Assembly: GCA_030693425.1 (NCBI GenBank)
Contig: JAUYAM010000002.1
Span: forward strand, 256,632-320,631
DNA: 64,000 bases
Source: a bacterium
GTDB lineage: Bacteria; Patescibacteriota; Minisyncoccia; Minisyncoccales; GWA2-46-15
Reading direction: 5' to 3'
Shown here: piece after piece, positions 24,485 through 33,438 of the stretch
Layout of the letters: the number at the start of each line of letters is the position of its first letter
How positions within the stretch are numbered: position 1 is the first letter of the stretch
Translations under genes and position numbers: made by a program
The notes under the pieces: generated by a model
What the model was told of the DNA's origin: nothing
Database searches by the model: none
What the model saw: the letters and a program-made list of their open reading frames with translations, nothing else

Positions 24485-24844
24485 CCCCGTAGGAAATTAC
24501 CTGCCCGCCGAATAAACCAAAATTTTAGAGTAAATAATTTGACAATCTAATTCACATCTATATGCGGTGTAAATTAAATGCTTCTTGTCTTTACATTAAA
24601 ATTTTGGGCGGCTTTGGCAGGCGGGAAATATTTTCTTGATGTTAATTTTAACCTTTGTTATCTATTTAATTAACTATATTATGATATCTACGGCGTCCTC
24701 GTTAAAATTGCGTACGCAATGTTAACGAGGATATGGATAATGTAAAAGGGTAAATAAATACTAAATTATTTAAACGGGTTTTCTTGATAAAAATATTTTT
24801 GCCGTCTTGGTTAGCCACGGAAAACTCTGCGTTTTCCTACGGGG
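24485..24844. mobile_element. MITE-like element copy E2 (360 bp)
   Basis: CCCCGTAGGAAATTA at 24485-24499 and the inverse GTTTTCCTACGGGG at 24831-24844. Flanked by TTT at 24482-24484 and 24845-24847. The right end provides the stop codon of the upstream gene. Confidence 0.6.
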
Positions 24845-25880
24845 TTTCCCCGTTCTCAAAAAGGTCTTTGCGGCCTTTTGGCAGATGGCCGTTCAAATTG
24901 AGATAAACCAAGAGGCCGAAAGGCATGGGCAGCCAGTAAGAAACAAGCCTGTATAAGAGGACGGAAAATAAGGAAACGTGGGCCGGAAAGCCCAGACTGA
25001 TGAAAACCGTCACCATCGAAGCTTCCATGACCCCGGGAGCTTCGGGAAACAGGCTTAAAGCCGAAAGCAGGTAAGAGAGGATAACGCCGAGGATCAGTAA
25101 GGGAATGCTGGGCCGGTAGCCAAAAACAAAAAAAGAGAAATAAATAACAGAAAGATTGACAGTATAAAGCAACAGGGAAAAAACTAGGACCCTGACAGCT
25201 TTTGCCCGGCTCTGCAAAACCAAGCCTAGATCCCTCAAAAGTTCCCCGATAATCCCCTTGATTTTCTCTTGCCCAAGAAGTTCCCTTTTGGCAAAAACTC
25301 CGCCGATTTTATCGATCGGTTTTGCCGCCAGGCATAAAAGCAGAATCAGGTTTTTTGCTCTATTTCTGAATAAAAAATACCCTGAGAGCAGGACAAAGAT
25401 AACCGCAATCAGAATGCTTAAAATCTCTTTCTGGGGGACGAGGGAAGGGAAAGACCGGCGGACAAGAATTATTGAAACGAAAGAAAAAATAATGTAATTC
25501 AAAAGGTTTAAAATCGAAGAAACCGTCGCTAAGAATAAGAAAGTTGAGGAAGAAATCTTGTGCTTTTTGTAAAAAAGATAGGCAAGAACGGCGCCGCCGA
25601 CAAAAGGGGCCACCTGAAAACCCAAAGTTATCAAAGCTCCAACTTTAACCGTTTCTTTCAAAGATATCCTGGTGCCGGCGATCTCCAAAAGGGTTTTTGA
25701 AAGTAAGCCGTAAGTCAGATAGAAAACTCCTTCGGCCAAAATCAATATCAAAAACAGCTCTTTTCTGGCCTCGTTGAAAAGAGCGGGAATATCGTGGTAA
25801 GAAGAGCGGAATTTCGAGGAAACGAGAGAAAAAGCGACAACTATCAGAATAACGACGAACAGGTATCTAAGATAGCGCAT
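24837..25880 (-). CDS. polytopic membrane protein, flippase-like (UPF0104 / LPG-synthase TM-region-like)
   Basis: 347-aa ORF with eight or more TM segments. Last gene of the export operon. Family call from overall architecture only. Confidence 0.5.
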   Translation of the reverse strand: MRYLRYLFVVILIVVAFSLVSSKFRSSYHDIPALFNEARKELFLILILAEGVFYLTYGLLSKTLLEIAGTRISLKETVKVGALITLGFQVAPFVGGAVLAYLFYKKHKISSSTFLFLATVSSILNLLNYIIFSFVSIILVRRSFPSLVPQKEILSILIAVIFVLLSGYFLFRNRAKNLILLLCLAAKPIDKIGGVFAKRELLGQEKIKGIIGELLRDLGLVLQSRAKAVRVLVFSLLLYTVNLSVIYFSFFVFGYRPSIPLLILGVILSYLLSALSLFPEAPGVMEASMVTVFISLGFPAHVSLFSVLLYRLVSYWLPMPFGLLVYLNLNGHLPKGRKDLFENGETP

Positions 25881-25895
25881 AAAAAGATTTCAGAT

Positions 25896-27134
25896 TTATT
25901 CGTATCTCAAAGCCTCGATCGGGTTTTTAGCCGCAGCTCTCTTGGCCGGATAAAGCCCAAAGGCTAGGCCGACGACAGCGGAAACGATTAAGCCGGCAAG
26001 GGCGGCTGAAAGAGGAAAAGTAAAGCTCCAGTCCAAGCCGACGACCTTGCTTAAAACCAAAGAAACTAGGAACGAAAAAACCGCTCCGGCCAGGATGCCG
26101 ATGATGCCGCCAATGGCTGTCAGCAGAACCGCTTCCAAAAGGAACTGCCTTAAGATGTCTTTTTCGGTAGCCCCGACCGCTTTCCTCAAACCGATCTCTC
26201 TGGTTCTTTCGGTCACCGACACCAGCATGATATTCATGATGCCGATGCCTCCGACAATCAAAGAAATGGTCGCTACCGAAAGAAGCAAAGCCGTCAGGAC
26301 GTCGGTGACAACGCTGACTCTTTGGACCAAATCCGCCTGAGTATGGACATGGAAATCGTCTTTTTCAAAATCGGTGATGTTGTGCATCTCCCTCATCGTC
26401 GCCTTGATTTCTTCAACCGCCCGGGGAACCGCTTCTTCAGAAACGGCTTTCAGGGCAATCTCGTGATAATAACTGGTTCCCAATAAATACTCCTGAGCGG
26501 TCGTATAGGGAATGACCGCCATCTCGTCAAGATTTAGCATCGAAGCCTGGCCTCTGGCCGGGAGAACGCCAACCACTTTGAAATCGCGGTTCTTTATTCT
26601 CAGTTTCTGGCCGACGGCTTCAGACATCCCAAAAAGATCCTTTTTGATTTCAGACCCGATAACCACCAGGCTGGCTCTGGCATTAATATCTTCTTCAGTG
26701 AAAAAAGCCCCTTCTGTCGGATAGATGTCGAGAATATCCGCCAGGAGGTCGGAGGCGCCGATTACGGTCGCCTGCTTCGTCTCTCCTTGGTAGCTGAAAG
26801 TGGCGGTTGTCATGACTTCGGGCATGACTTCGGCTACGCTCGGAACATTATTTTTGTCTTTCAGGGCCTTAAAATCCCTTTCTTTCAGGGAATCCGAAAA
26901 GAACGAAGCAAAATCAGAAGGGCCTTTCGGCTCCCGCCCCGGCTGGATGACGATCGTTGCCGACCCCATTCCTCTGATCTGGTTTAAAATCAAATCCTGG
27001 CCGCCCTGGCCGATAGCCATAATCAAGATGATGGCGGTAATGCCGATAACTATGCCCAAGATAGTTAAAGCCGAGCGCGATTTATTCGCTCTCAAGCCGT
27101 TCAGGGCGGTGATGAAACTGTACTTAAAAGTCAT
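25896..27134 (-). CDS. ABC transporter permease, MacB/FtsX-type
   Basis: 412-aa ORF. N-terminal TM, large periplasmic domain, and a C-terminal FtsX-like 3-TM bundle with TERTREIGLRKAVGA. Confidence 0.9.
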   Translation of the reverse strand: MTFKYSFITALNGLRANKSRSALTILGIVIGITAIILIMAIGQGGQDLILNQIRGMGSATIVIQPGREPKGPSDFASFFSDSLKERDFKALKDKNNVPSVAEVMPEVMTTATFSYQGETKQATVIGASDLLADILDIYPTEGAFFTEEDINARASLVVIGSEIKKDLFGMSEAVGQKLRIKNRDFKVVGVLPARGQASMLNLDEMAVIPYTTAQEYLLGTSYYHEIALKAVSEEAVPRAVEEIKATMREMHNITDFEKDDFHVHTQADLVQRVSVVTDVLTALLLSVATISLIVGGIGIMNIMLVSVTERTREIGLRKAVGATEKDILRQFLLEAVLLTAIGGIIGILAGAVFSFLVSLVLSKVVGLDWSFTFPLSAALAGLIVSAVVGLAFGLYPAKRAAAKNPIEALRYE

Positions 27135-27141
27135 AGTCGTA

Positions 27142-27828
27142 TTAAATACTTGCTTGGTCGCTTTCTATTCTGCCGTCCTTCAAATAGATGATTCTTTTGG
27201 CAAAGCTGGCTATGTCTGGTTCGTGGGTAACGAGAATGATGGTGTGGCTTTTTTCCTGGTTGAGATTTTTGAGAATAGCCATCACCTGCTGACCTGATTT
27301 TGTGTCGAGATTTCCGGTGGGTTCATCGGCAAAAATCACCTGAGGCCCTAAAACCAAAGCCCTGGCAATGGCAGCCCTCTGCTGCTCTCCGCCGGATATC
27401 TGTGACGGCCGGTAGCTCTGGCGGTAGGAAAGGCCGACCTCGCCGATCGCTTTTAAAGCCATTTCCTCCCATAAAGATTCCTTGATTTCGGAATAGTACA
27501 AAGGAAGCTTGGTATTCTCCAGAATCGTAGTTCTGGCTAGAAGATTAAAAGCCTGGAAAACAAAACCCATTTTCTTGTTCCTGATTTGGGCCAGCTCACT
27601 TTCTGAATAATCGTCGGATGTCCTGCCTTCAAAAGAATAATGTCCTCTCGTCGGCTTGTCCAAAAAGCCGAGGATATGGAGCAGAGTCGATTTGCCCGAC
27701 CCTGAAGGCCCCATAATGGCGACGAACTCCCCTTTTTCAATTGAAAGGCTGATGTCTTTTAAAACTTCTGTTTTGACATCATCGGTAATATAGGTTTTAT
27801 TTAAGTTTTTTATTTCAATAAGAGTCAT
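27142..27828 (-). CDS. ABC transporter ATP-binding protein, MacB/LolD-type
   Basis: 228-aa ORF. Walker A GPSGSGKST, signature ISGGEQQR, Walker B IFADEPT. Confidence 0.93.
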   Translation of the reverse strand: MTLIEIKNLNKTYITDDVKTEVLKDISLSIEKGEFVAIMGPSGSGKSTLLHILGFLDKPTRGHYSFEGRTSDDYSESELAQIRNKKMGFVFQAFNLLARTTILENTKLPLYYSEIKESLWEEMALKAIGEVGLSYRQSYRPSQISGGEQQRAAIARALVLGPQVIFADEPTGNLDTKSGQQVMAILKNLNQEKSHTIILVTHEPDIASFAKRIIYLKDGRIESDQASI

Positions 27829-28703
27829 TTGCTTTTCTTTTCTAAATTAATGTTCGGCAAAGCGGCTCCAAAAAGAATCAGGGCCCCGCCGATTAATGAA
27901 TAGATTGTCAGGAATTCTTTGTAAAACAGCCAGCCGAAGAAAACTCCAAAAACTACCTCTGAAAGCATGATCAGGCTGCCCTTTTGCGCCTCGAGGCGAC
28001 GGAAACCATAAATATTTAAAAAAGAAGCGCCGAGAACCAGAAAAGCGAATAAAATTAGTATAAGCCAAACTAAAGAAAAGCTCGGCAAAATGATTGTTTC
28101 TTTAAAGGCAAGAACGAAAATCAAGCTGGCGAGGGTAAAAATCAAGTTGTCTATCGCCATAACCTGAATCAAGGAATACTGACTGGAAACTTTTTTGGAA
28201 AAAACCTGCCAACCAGCGAACCCAAAACCGGACAAGGCCGACAATAATAAATAGAGGGGGTTTGTTTGTTCAAGAGTCGCAGAAAATATCACAAAAAGTC
28301 CGGCAAAAGAAATCAGAAGAGAAATGATTTTAATTCTCGTCAGTCTTTCTTGGAAGAGAACAGACCCTAAGAAATAGCCGCCGAGGGTCGAGGCAGCGTA
28401 AAAGACAAATAAGGTCAAGCCAATGGCCAGATAGTTAATAGCGACAAAAAAGCAAACCACTGATAATAACTCTGACAAACTCATCCCTAAAAACCATTTA
28501 TAGTCTGTCGGCAAAATCCTTTTCCAGCTTCTTGTCAAAAGAAGGCATGCGAATAAAATTAAAAAAAGAATCAAGCCCCTGGAAAACGCTTGGTAAAAAA
28601 TGCCGAAACCAAGACCAAGTAGTCTTGAAAAAACTCCCCACAAACTCCAGAGGAAAGCGGCAAAAACTAAAGAAATAATGCCGAGGGCTTTGTTTTTGTC
28701 CAT
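27825..28703 (-). CDS. EamA/DMT-family transporter
   Basis: 292-aa ORF with ten TM segments as two EamA-like halves. ATGA overlap with the ATPase gene. Confidence 0.78.
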   Translation of the reverse strand: MDKNKALGIISLVFAAFLWSLWGVFSRLLGLGFGIFYQAFSRGLILFLILFACLLLTRSWKRILPTDYKWFLGMSLSELLSVVCFFVAINYLAIGLTLFVFYAASTLGGYFLGSVLFQERLTRIKIISLLISFAGLFVIFSATLEQTNPLYLLLSALSGFGFAGWQVFSKKVSSQYSLIQVMAIDNLIFTLASLIFVLAFKETIILPSFSLVWLILILFAFLVLGASFLNIYGFRRLEAQKGSLIMLSEVVFGVFFGWLFYKEFLTIYSLIGGALILFGAALPNINLEKKSK

Positions 28704-28705
28704 AC

Positions 28706-30358
28706 CTATTTTTCGGGCATCGAGGTAATCACCTTGTCCCCTTCTGACAGGCCTTCGACAATCTCTATCTCCCCATTGGATCCTCTTAGTCCAGTCTTGA
28801 CTTTAACTTCTTTAACCTCGTTTCCTTTTCCCAGAACCCTGACTAGCTTGTCTCCGTTTGTGGAAATGATCGCTCTTTGGGGAATTAAGATCACTCCTTG
28901 CTTTTCGGCGGTCAGAATCTCGACGTCGGCCGTCATCCCGGACCTCAAGCGGCCGTCATCCTCTAGGAACTGAAGGTTGACTTTGTAAGTCGGCAGGCCC
29001 TCAACCATGGTTTCGGCCGGATCAATCTTGGCTACCTTTGCTTCAAAAATAAGATCTGAGCCATAAGCGTCCAGGGTCACTTTGGCAGAATCTCCAATCT
29101 TTATCTTGGCAATGTCAACCTCCGGAACCTTGGCTTCGATTTCAAACCCGGAGGCAGAAATCAAGGAAACTACCGCCGTTCCGGGAACAACGCTTTCGCC
29201 GATCTCGATTTCTCTTTTGGTAACAATGCCTGCAATCGGCGAAAAAAGAATATTTTTGGCCAACCTGGTCCTGATATTTTCAACCGCTGCTCCGGCCGAT
29301 TCCTCTCTCGCCTCCTGGGCGGAAATCTGCTCTAAAGTCGCTCCGGCTTGCTTCAAGGCCAAGTCATCAAGAGCAAGATCAAGGCTGTTTTGAGCTGCGG
29401 TAAGACTTGCTCCAGCCGCAGCCAAGTTATAGGCGTTGGTCGATTTCTGAACCAATATTGTTTGTTCTTTGCCGGCAACAATCGCAATTTCTGAAAGAAT
29501 GCTGGTTTTCTCGGCGCTCAAGTTTGTTTTTTCGGTCGAAGTCAGCTCATTGCTGAAAGGGACCGCGTCCAGACTGTCTTTTGTCTTTTGCAAAGCTTGT
29601 TTTGTTTCTGACAAGGCCGAATCTATGTCTGCCTGGGCCTGGCTCAAAACCGCTTTCTGGACCAGGCTGAAGGCGCCGCCGTCAAGATCGTTGAGAGCCT
29701 GAGAAGTCCATTTGCCGGCGTTTTCCGCACCAAGCAAGGCCAGAACCGCTTTGGCCTTGGCGCCAGCCAGGTCATCGTTCTGGATAAAATGATTGTATTG
29801 GATGTCGGTCAGTGAAAGAAGAGAAGTTTTGGCAGAACTGGCCGCTTTTTGAAGGCTGGTCAAGGCGCTGCTGTAGGCATTATCAAGGTCGGCCAGGGCT
29901 TTGTCTTTGACCGTCTGCTGATTCAGGCTCGCTTCGACCAAAGCCTTTTCCAAACCTTCTGCTTTGGTCTCAGCCATCTGCAGTTCCTCGGGCCTGGTTC
30001 CTTTTTTAAGCTCTTCTAACCTGGATTTTTCCGCCTCCAGGTTGGCCTTTGCCTGATTGAGCTCGGCCAGAGTCTGGCTGTTGTCCAAAGCGATGATTCT
30101 TTCTCCAGCAGAAACCTTGTCTCCGATCTTTTTGTAGACAGAGCTGACTTTGCCGCTGATTTCAAATCCTAAGTCAAGGCTCTGGGCAGGCTTTATCTTC
30201 CCGGAAACGCTCACTTCTTGAAACAGGGTTCCATTTTTAGCCAGGACAAAATTGTATTTCGGCTTCCCTTTCCCCTTAAAATAGATAAAGCTGCCCGAAA
30301 TTATCACAATAATGGCGATGACGACAAAAATATATTTTTTAGACAAAAGTTTTGCCAT
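28706..30358 (-). CDS. HlyD/MacA-type periplasmic adaptor with an expanded coiled-coil hairpin
   Basis: 550-aa ORF. N-terminal TM, biotinyl-lipoyl-like GKVSSVYKKIGDKV, a long Ala/Leu/Gln-rich coiled coil, and beta-barrel/MP domains. Confidence 0.8.
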   Translation of the reverse strand: MAKLLSKKYIFVVIAIIVIISGSFIYFKGKGKPKYNFVLAKNGTLFQEVSVSGKIKPAQSLDLGFEISGKVSSVYKKIGDKVSAGERIIALDNSQTLAELNQAKANLEAEKSRLEELKKGTRPEELQMAETKAEGLEKALVEASLNQQTVKDKALADLDNAYSSALTSLQKAASSAKTSLLSLTDIQYNHFIQNDDLAGAKAKAVLALLGAENAGKWTSQALNDLDGGAFSLVQKAVLSQAQADIDSALSETKQALQKTKDSLDAVPFSNELTSTEKTNLSAEKTSILSEIAIVAGKEQTILVQKSTNAYNLAAAGASLTAAQNSLDLALDDLALKQAGATLEQISAQEAREESAGAAVENIRTRLAKNILFSPIAGIVTKREIEIGESVVPGTAVVSLISASGFEIEAKVPEVDIAKIKIGDSAKVTLDAYGSDLIFEAKVAKIDPAETMVEGLPTYKVNLQFLEDDGRLRSGMTADVEILTAEKQGVILIPQRAIISTNGDKLVRVLGKGNEVKEVKVKTGLRGSNGEIEIVEGLSEGDKVITSMPEK

Positions 30359-30384
30359 AATAAAGTTTAAAAGTTAGTTTAGAA

Positions 30385-31191
30385 TCAGTTCTTTTTGTCG
30401 GCAGACCAGTTTTTGAACATTTCGACCAGCTGCCGGTAGGAAAAACTTTGGTCTTTGAGTTTTAAACTCTTGAGCTTTTTCAGAATCTTTGGCGAATCGG
30501 TTAATTTAAAGCTGTCTTTACGATCCAAAAGCAAGCCATTTTTTTTCAGCTTTGTCTTCTCAATCCCAGCAAGAGTTTTGCCTATTTCCCAAGTCTGAGC
30601 CAGATAGACAAAAGGCAGCGAGGACAAATCCATTTTCTTTCGTTTTTGCAAATAATAAAGGCCTTTTAATTTAATGGCTCTGACTCGTTTTTTCTTGAAA
30701 ACCTCATTCAGATAAACCTCGACGCCGTATCTCGTCTTGGCCATTTGCTTCAAGTGAGGCAGAAGGTCTTTGCGCCAGTAAGCTCTCTGACCGGTAAAGG
30801 GCAAACTTGGTTCGAAATTGGAAGACGGAGATAAGGATATCTTAGCCAAAACAACTTCTGCCTGATTTGCCAAAAGAGGAGCAATCAGCTTTTCGAGGTG
30901 ATCTTTTTTCAGGTTAAGAAGATCTGCGTCCAGGAAGACTATGATTTCGCCTTTGGCTTTTCTGACGCCGACAACCAAAGCAAAACCTTTGCCGTGGTTT
31001 CTTTTAAGATCTATTAAAGTTATCTTACCGCCAAAGCTTTCAAGAATCTTTTGGGTGCTGTCTGACGAACCGTCATTGACGCAGATAACTTCTGATGCTA
31101 ATCCAGAACCCAAAACCGCTTCAACTAACCCTTTGACGGCTTTTTCTTCATTGAAAACCGGAATGACAATGGAAATAGTTTTCTGCTCCAT
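30385..31191 (-). CDS. family-2 glycosyltransferase with C-terminal extension
   Basis: 268-aa ORF. ISIVIPVFNEE...NDGSSD...FLDADL is the GT2 (GT-A, DxD) signature. Confidence 0.85.
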   Translation of the reverse strand: MEQKTISIVIPVFNEEKAVKGLVEAVLGSGLASEVICVNDGSSDSTQKILESFGGKITLIDLKRNHGKGFALVVGVRKAKGEIIVFLDADLLNLKKDHLEKLIAPLLANQAEVVLAKISLSPSSNFEPSLPFTGQRAYWRKDLLPHLKQMAKTRYGVEVYLNEVFKKKRVRAIKLKGLYYLQKRKKMDLSSLPFVYLAQTWEIGKTLAGIEKTKLKKNGLLLDRKDSFKLTDSPKILKKLKSLKLKDQSFSYRQLVEMFKNWSADKKN

Positions 31192-31208
31192 AAAATTTAT
31201 ATTTGTCC

Positions 31209-31237
31209 ATTATATTCTCAAGAAAACTATATGGCAA
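31209..31237 (-). promoter_or_regulatory. sigma70-type promoter for the GT2/export operon
   Basis: The reverse strand reads TTGCCA (31237-31232), a 17-nt spacer, then TATAAT (31214-31209). Confidence 0.55.
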
Positions 31238-31332
31238 CTCTTACTCTCTACGCCGCCGGGGCGCGTTGCCAAAAATACCTAGCTGTGATTTAATAAGGAT
31301 CGCATTAAAAATTCTGACGAGGAGAAGGAAAA

Positions 31333-31476
31333 ATGCCCACAGCTCATTGCAGTGATTGCGGTTGCGAGCTCTTTCCCGACGAAATCGAGCTCGCGGAAAT
31401 AAAAAGGGATGGGCTCTGCCCGACCTGCAGAGAAAAAAATAGGAAGGAGGAAGAAAAAAAGAAAGAAGAAAAATAA
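31333..31476 (+). CDS. small zinc-ribbon protein with Lys/Glu tail (G+C-rich orphan)
   Basis: 47-aa ORF below the track cutoff: MPTAHCSDCGCELFPDEIELAEIKRDGLCPTCREKNRKEEEKKKEEK. SD GGAG 8 nt upstream. A strong terminator follows 16 nt after the stop. Confidence 0.5.
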   Translation: MPTAHCSDCGCELFPDEIELAEIKRDGLCPTCREKNRKEEEKKKEEK

Positions 31477-31491
31477 AGCATTAGGAACCAA

Positions 31492-31516
31492 AGCGTCCCG
31501 CTTTCAGCGGGACGCT
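31492..31516 (+). terminator. 11-bp-stem intrinsic terminator
   Basis: AGCGTCCCGCT-TTC-AGCGGGACGCT followed by TTTAA. Confidence 0.75.
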
Positions 31517-31529
31517 TTTAATCAGGGAA

Positions 31530-31577
31530 TTAGAAACTAAGTTTCTAAGTGAATTGCTTGGAAACTTAGTTTCTTAA
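31530..31577. repeat. two copies of the AGAAAC-TWA-GTTTCT hairpin
   Basis: TTAGAAACTAAGTTTCTAA at 31530-31548 and GGAAACTTAGTTTCTTAA at 31560-31577. The latter lies 3 nt from the stop codon at 31581. A third copy is at 34631-34649. Confidence 0.7.
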
Positions 31578-31580
31578 GGG

Positions 31581-33242
31581 TCAAATCTTTGCCGCTTCCA
31601 ATAATCCGGTTTTGCATTTTTCCTTAGTGCTCGCTTTCTTGATTTTGTCACAGTAAGAGGCTTCCCTGGTGGCCCCGGCATAGCAATAATTCTTCCAGTC
31701 GTAGCCGAAAACCTTTTCACACAAAGCCGATTTTCCGGTGGCTTCGGCCACTGCCCGATAGCACTCATCCTTCCATCCTTGGGATCCCGTTCCTTTTATT
31801 TCGGCGCAGACGGCTTCGTCGCCTTTTTCCTTGGCGATCCCGTAATAGCAGTCGTTCCTTTTCGACAGAGAAACCACTTTCAAACAGTCTTTGCTGGATA
31901 AGCTGAACAGGGCCGACTGCAGATAGCACTTATCTTTGTCTTCGCCGGTCTTGGCCTCGCAATCTTCGCCAAAGCCGCCTATTATCTTCGGCAGGACTAA
32001 ACCGATAAATTCCTCAAGGGATTTGGCATCCGCCGGAACCTCAACCTTAACTGGTTTGTTAAAGTCTTTTGAAAAAACGGTTAGTTTAGCGGTACTCGAA
32101 ACCACGACGCCCTCGCGATCGACTTTCGCCACAAAATTGACTGTCGTCTTACGGGCCAAGAAATCCTTTTTGCCGATCCAGATCTCACCGTCTATTCTCT
32201 CCAAATAATCATTAATTCCCTGGGAAAGGCTTTCTTCGGACGAAAATTCCAGCCCCTCGATCTTTTCTATTTCCTGAAACAACTTTGCCAAAGCTTGTTT
32301 ATCCACCGAGTATTTATAGTGATAAGTGTTTTGGCCGTCGATTTTCTCAGCTTTGAGTTTTTCTGTAATTTGCACCGGCTTAAACTTCCGGTACAGTTCG
32401 AGCATCTTTTCCGGAGGAATTTCCGGAACGCTCTGCGCCTGGTCAAGCTCGGCGAGATCTTCTTCGGTCATTCCAAATCCCTTTAAGGTTTCTTTGATCT
32501 CCTTTAAGTCGATCCTGACCCACTGGTTCTTCAGCGTCGACAAATCCATCTGAAAATCTGCCGGGAGCGAAAGCCCCTTGATAATCATATAGGCGACTTT
32601 ATCGATTCCCCGGTATTCCATGGCAAACGGCTTTTCTGATCCGCCTACCCAGCCTTTTGGCGTCAGGTCAAATGAAAAATATGAAGCCTTATCCTGGTCG
32701 CTGGAAGCGCCTTCAAAGTTGACGACAAAACCTAAGTTTACCCCCGCTCCGAATGAAAAGGGCAATTCAGGCAGCTGCTTAACTGACTGGCTGTCGGCTT
32801 TTACTTCAAGGTCTATTTCGGCGGTTCCCGAAAAGCTTTCTGATTTAACCAGAACCGATTTCTCCATCATTTTTCCTAAAATTCTTTCCGGCGCCTGGAA
32901 GTAATAGATATAGGCGAATGCTCCCCCGCCGACTAACAAGGCTGCCACTACCGCTAAAACCACGAAAATCAGCTTTTTGTTAGGCGGCTTCGGGGGCGAA
33001 CCGTAAATCCGGGCCGTTTCTTCATCGGTTAAATCATCGTCTGTCATCACCGGCTGCCCGGCTGGTGCCGGCCTGACGGCTGCCGCAGGAGGCGGCGGAG
33101 AAAAAGCGCCGGCCATATTGATGGCGCCGCTGATGTCGGCTTCCGGCCAGCCCTTGGTGATCAAGACGCTTCTGATTTCTTCCCTGGTCTTGCCTTCTGC
33201 CAATTGTTTTTTAATATGCTCGACTAGCTCGCGGGTAATCAT
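31581..33242 (-). CDS. hypothetical membrane-anchored protein with C-terminal Cys-rich repeats
   Basis: 553-aa ORF. Cytosolic N-terminus, Pro/Ala linker, one TM, a large extracytoplasmic region, and four C..(x)..CY-type repeats at the C-terminus. Confidence 0.6.
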   Translation of the reverse strand: MITRELVEHIKKQLAEGKTREEIRSVLITKGWPEADISGAINMAGAFSPPPPAAAVRPAPAGQPVMTDDDLTDEETARIYGSPPKPPNKKLIFVVLAVVAALLVGGGAFAYIYYFQAPERILGKMMEKSVLVKSESFSGTAEIDLEVKADSQSVKQLPELPFSFGAGVNLGFVVNFEGASSDQDKASYFSFDLTPKGWVGGSEKPFAMEYRGIDKVAYMIIKGLSLPADFQMDLSTLKNQWVRIDLKEIKETLKGFGMTEEDLAELDQAQSVPEIPPEKMLELYRKFKPVQITEKLKAEKIDGQNTYHYKYSVDKQALAKLFQEIEKIEGLEFSSEESLSQGINDYLERIDGEIWIGKKDFLARKTTVNFVAKVDREGVVVSSTAKLTVFSKDFNKPVKVEVPADAKSLEEFIGLVLPKIIGGFGEDCEAKTGEDKDKCYLQSALFSLSSKDCLKVVSLSKRNDCYYGIAKEKGDEAVCAEIKGTGSQGWKDECYRAVAEATGKSALCEKVFGYDWKNYCYAGATREASYCDKIKKASTKEKCKTGLLEAAKI

Positions 33243-33438
33243 GTTTTTAAAATTAGTTGCTTAATAATATATCTTACCTCAACTAAAAAGGTTGGTAAAT
33301 ACGCTCTATTTACAAAGACTGGCAAAAACAGCTTTTTTCCTATTTTAACTACCAGCCCTTAGTTGAAGCAGTCGCAGAAATCCTCAAAGATTAAAAAAGG
33401 AGCTAAGCTTCTTGATTCTCGCTGATTTTTTTTATTCT

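Noticed and set aside
31279-31491. 70-aa reverse-strand ORF.
   Set aside because: Its translation is low-complexity (FFFLFFFLLPIFF). The forward strand has a better candidate (31333-31476) with an SD, two CxxC-type pairs and a strong terminator immediately after.
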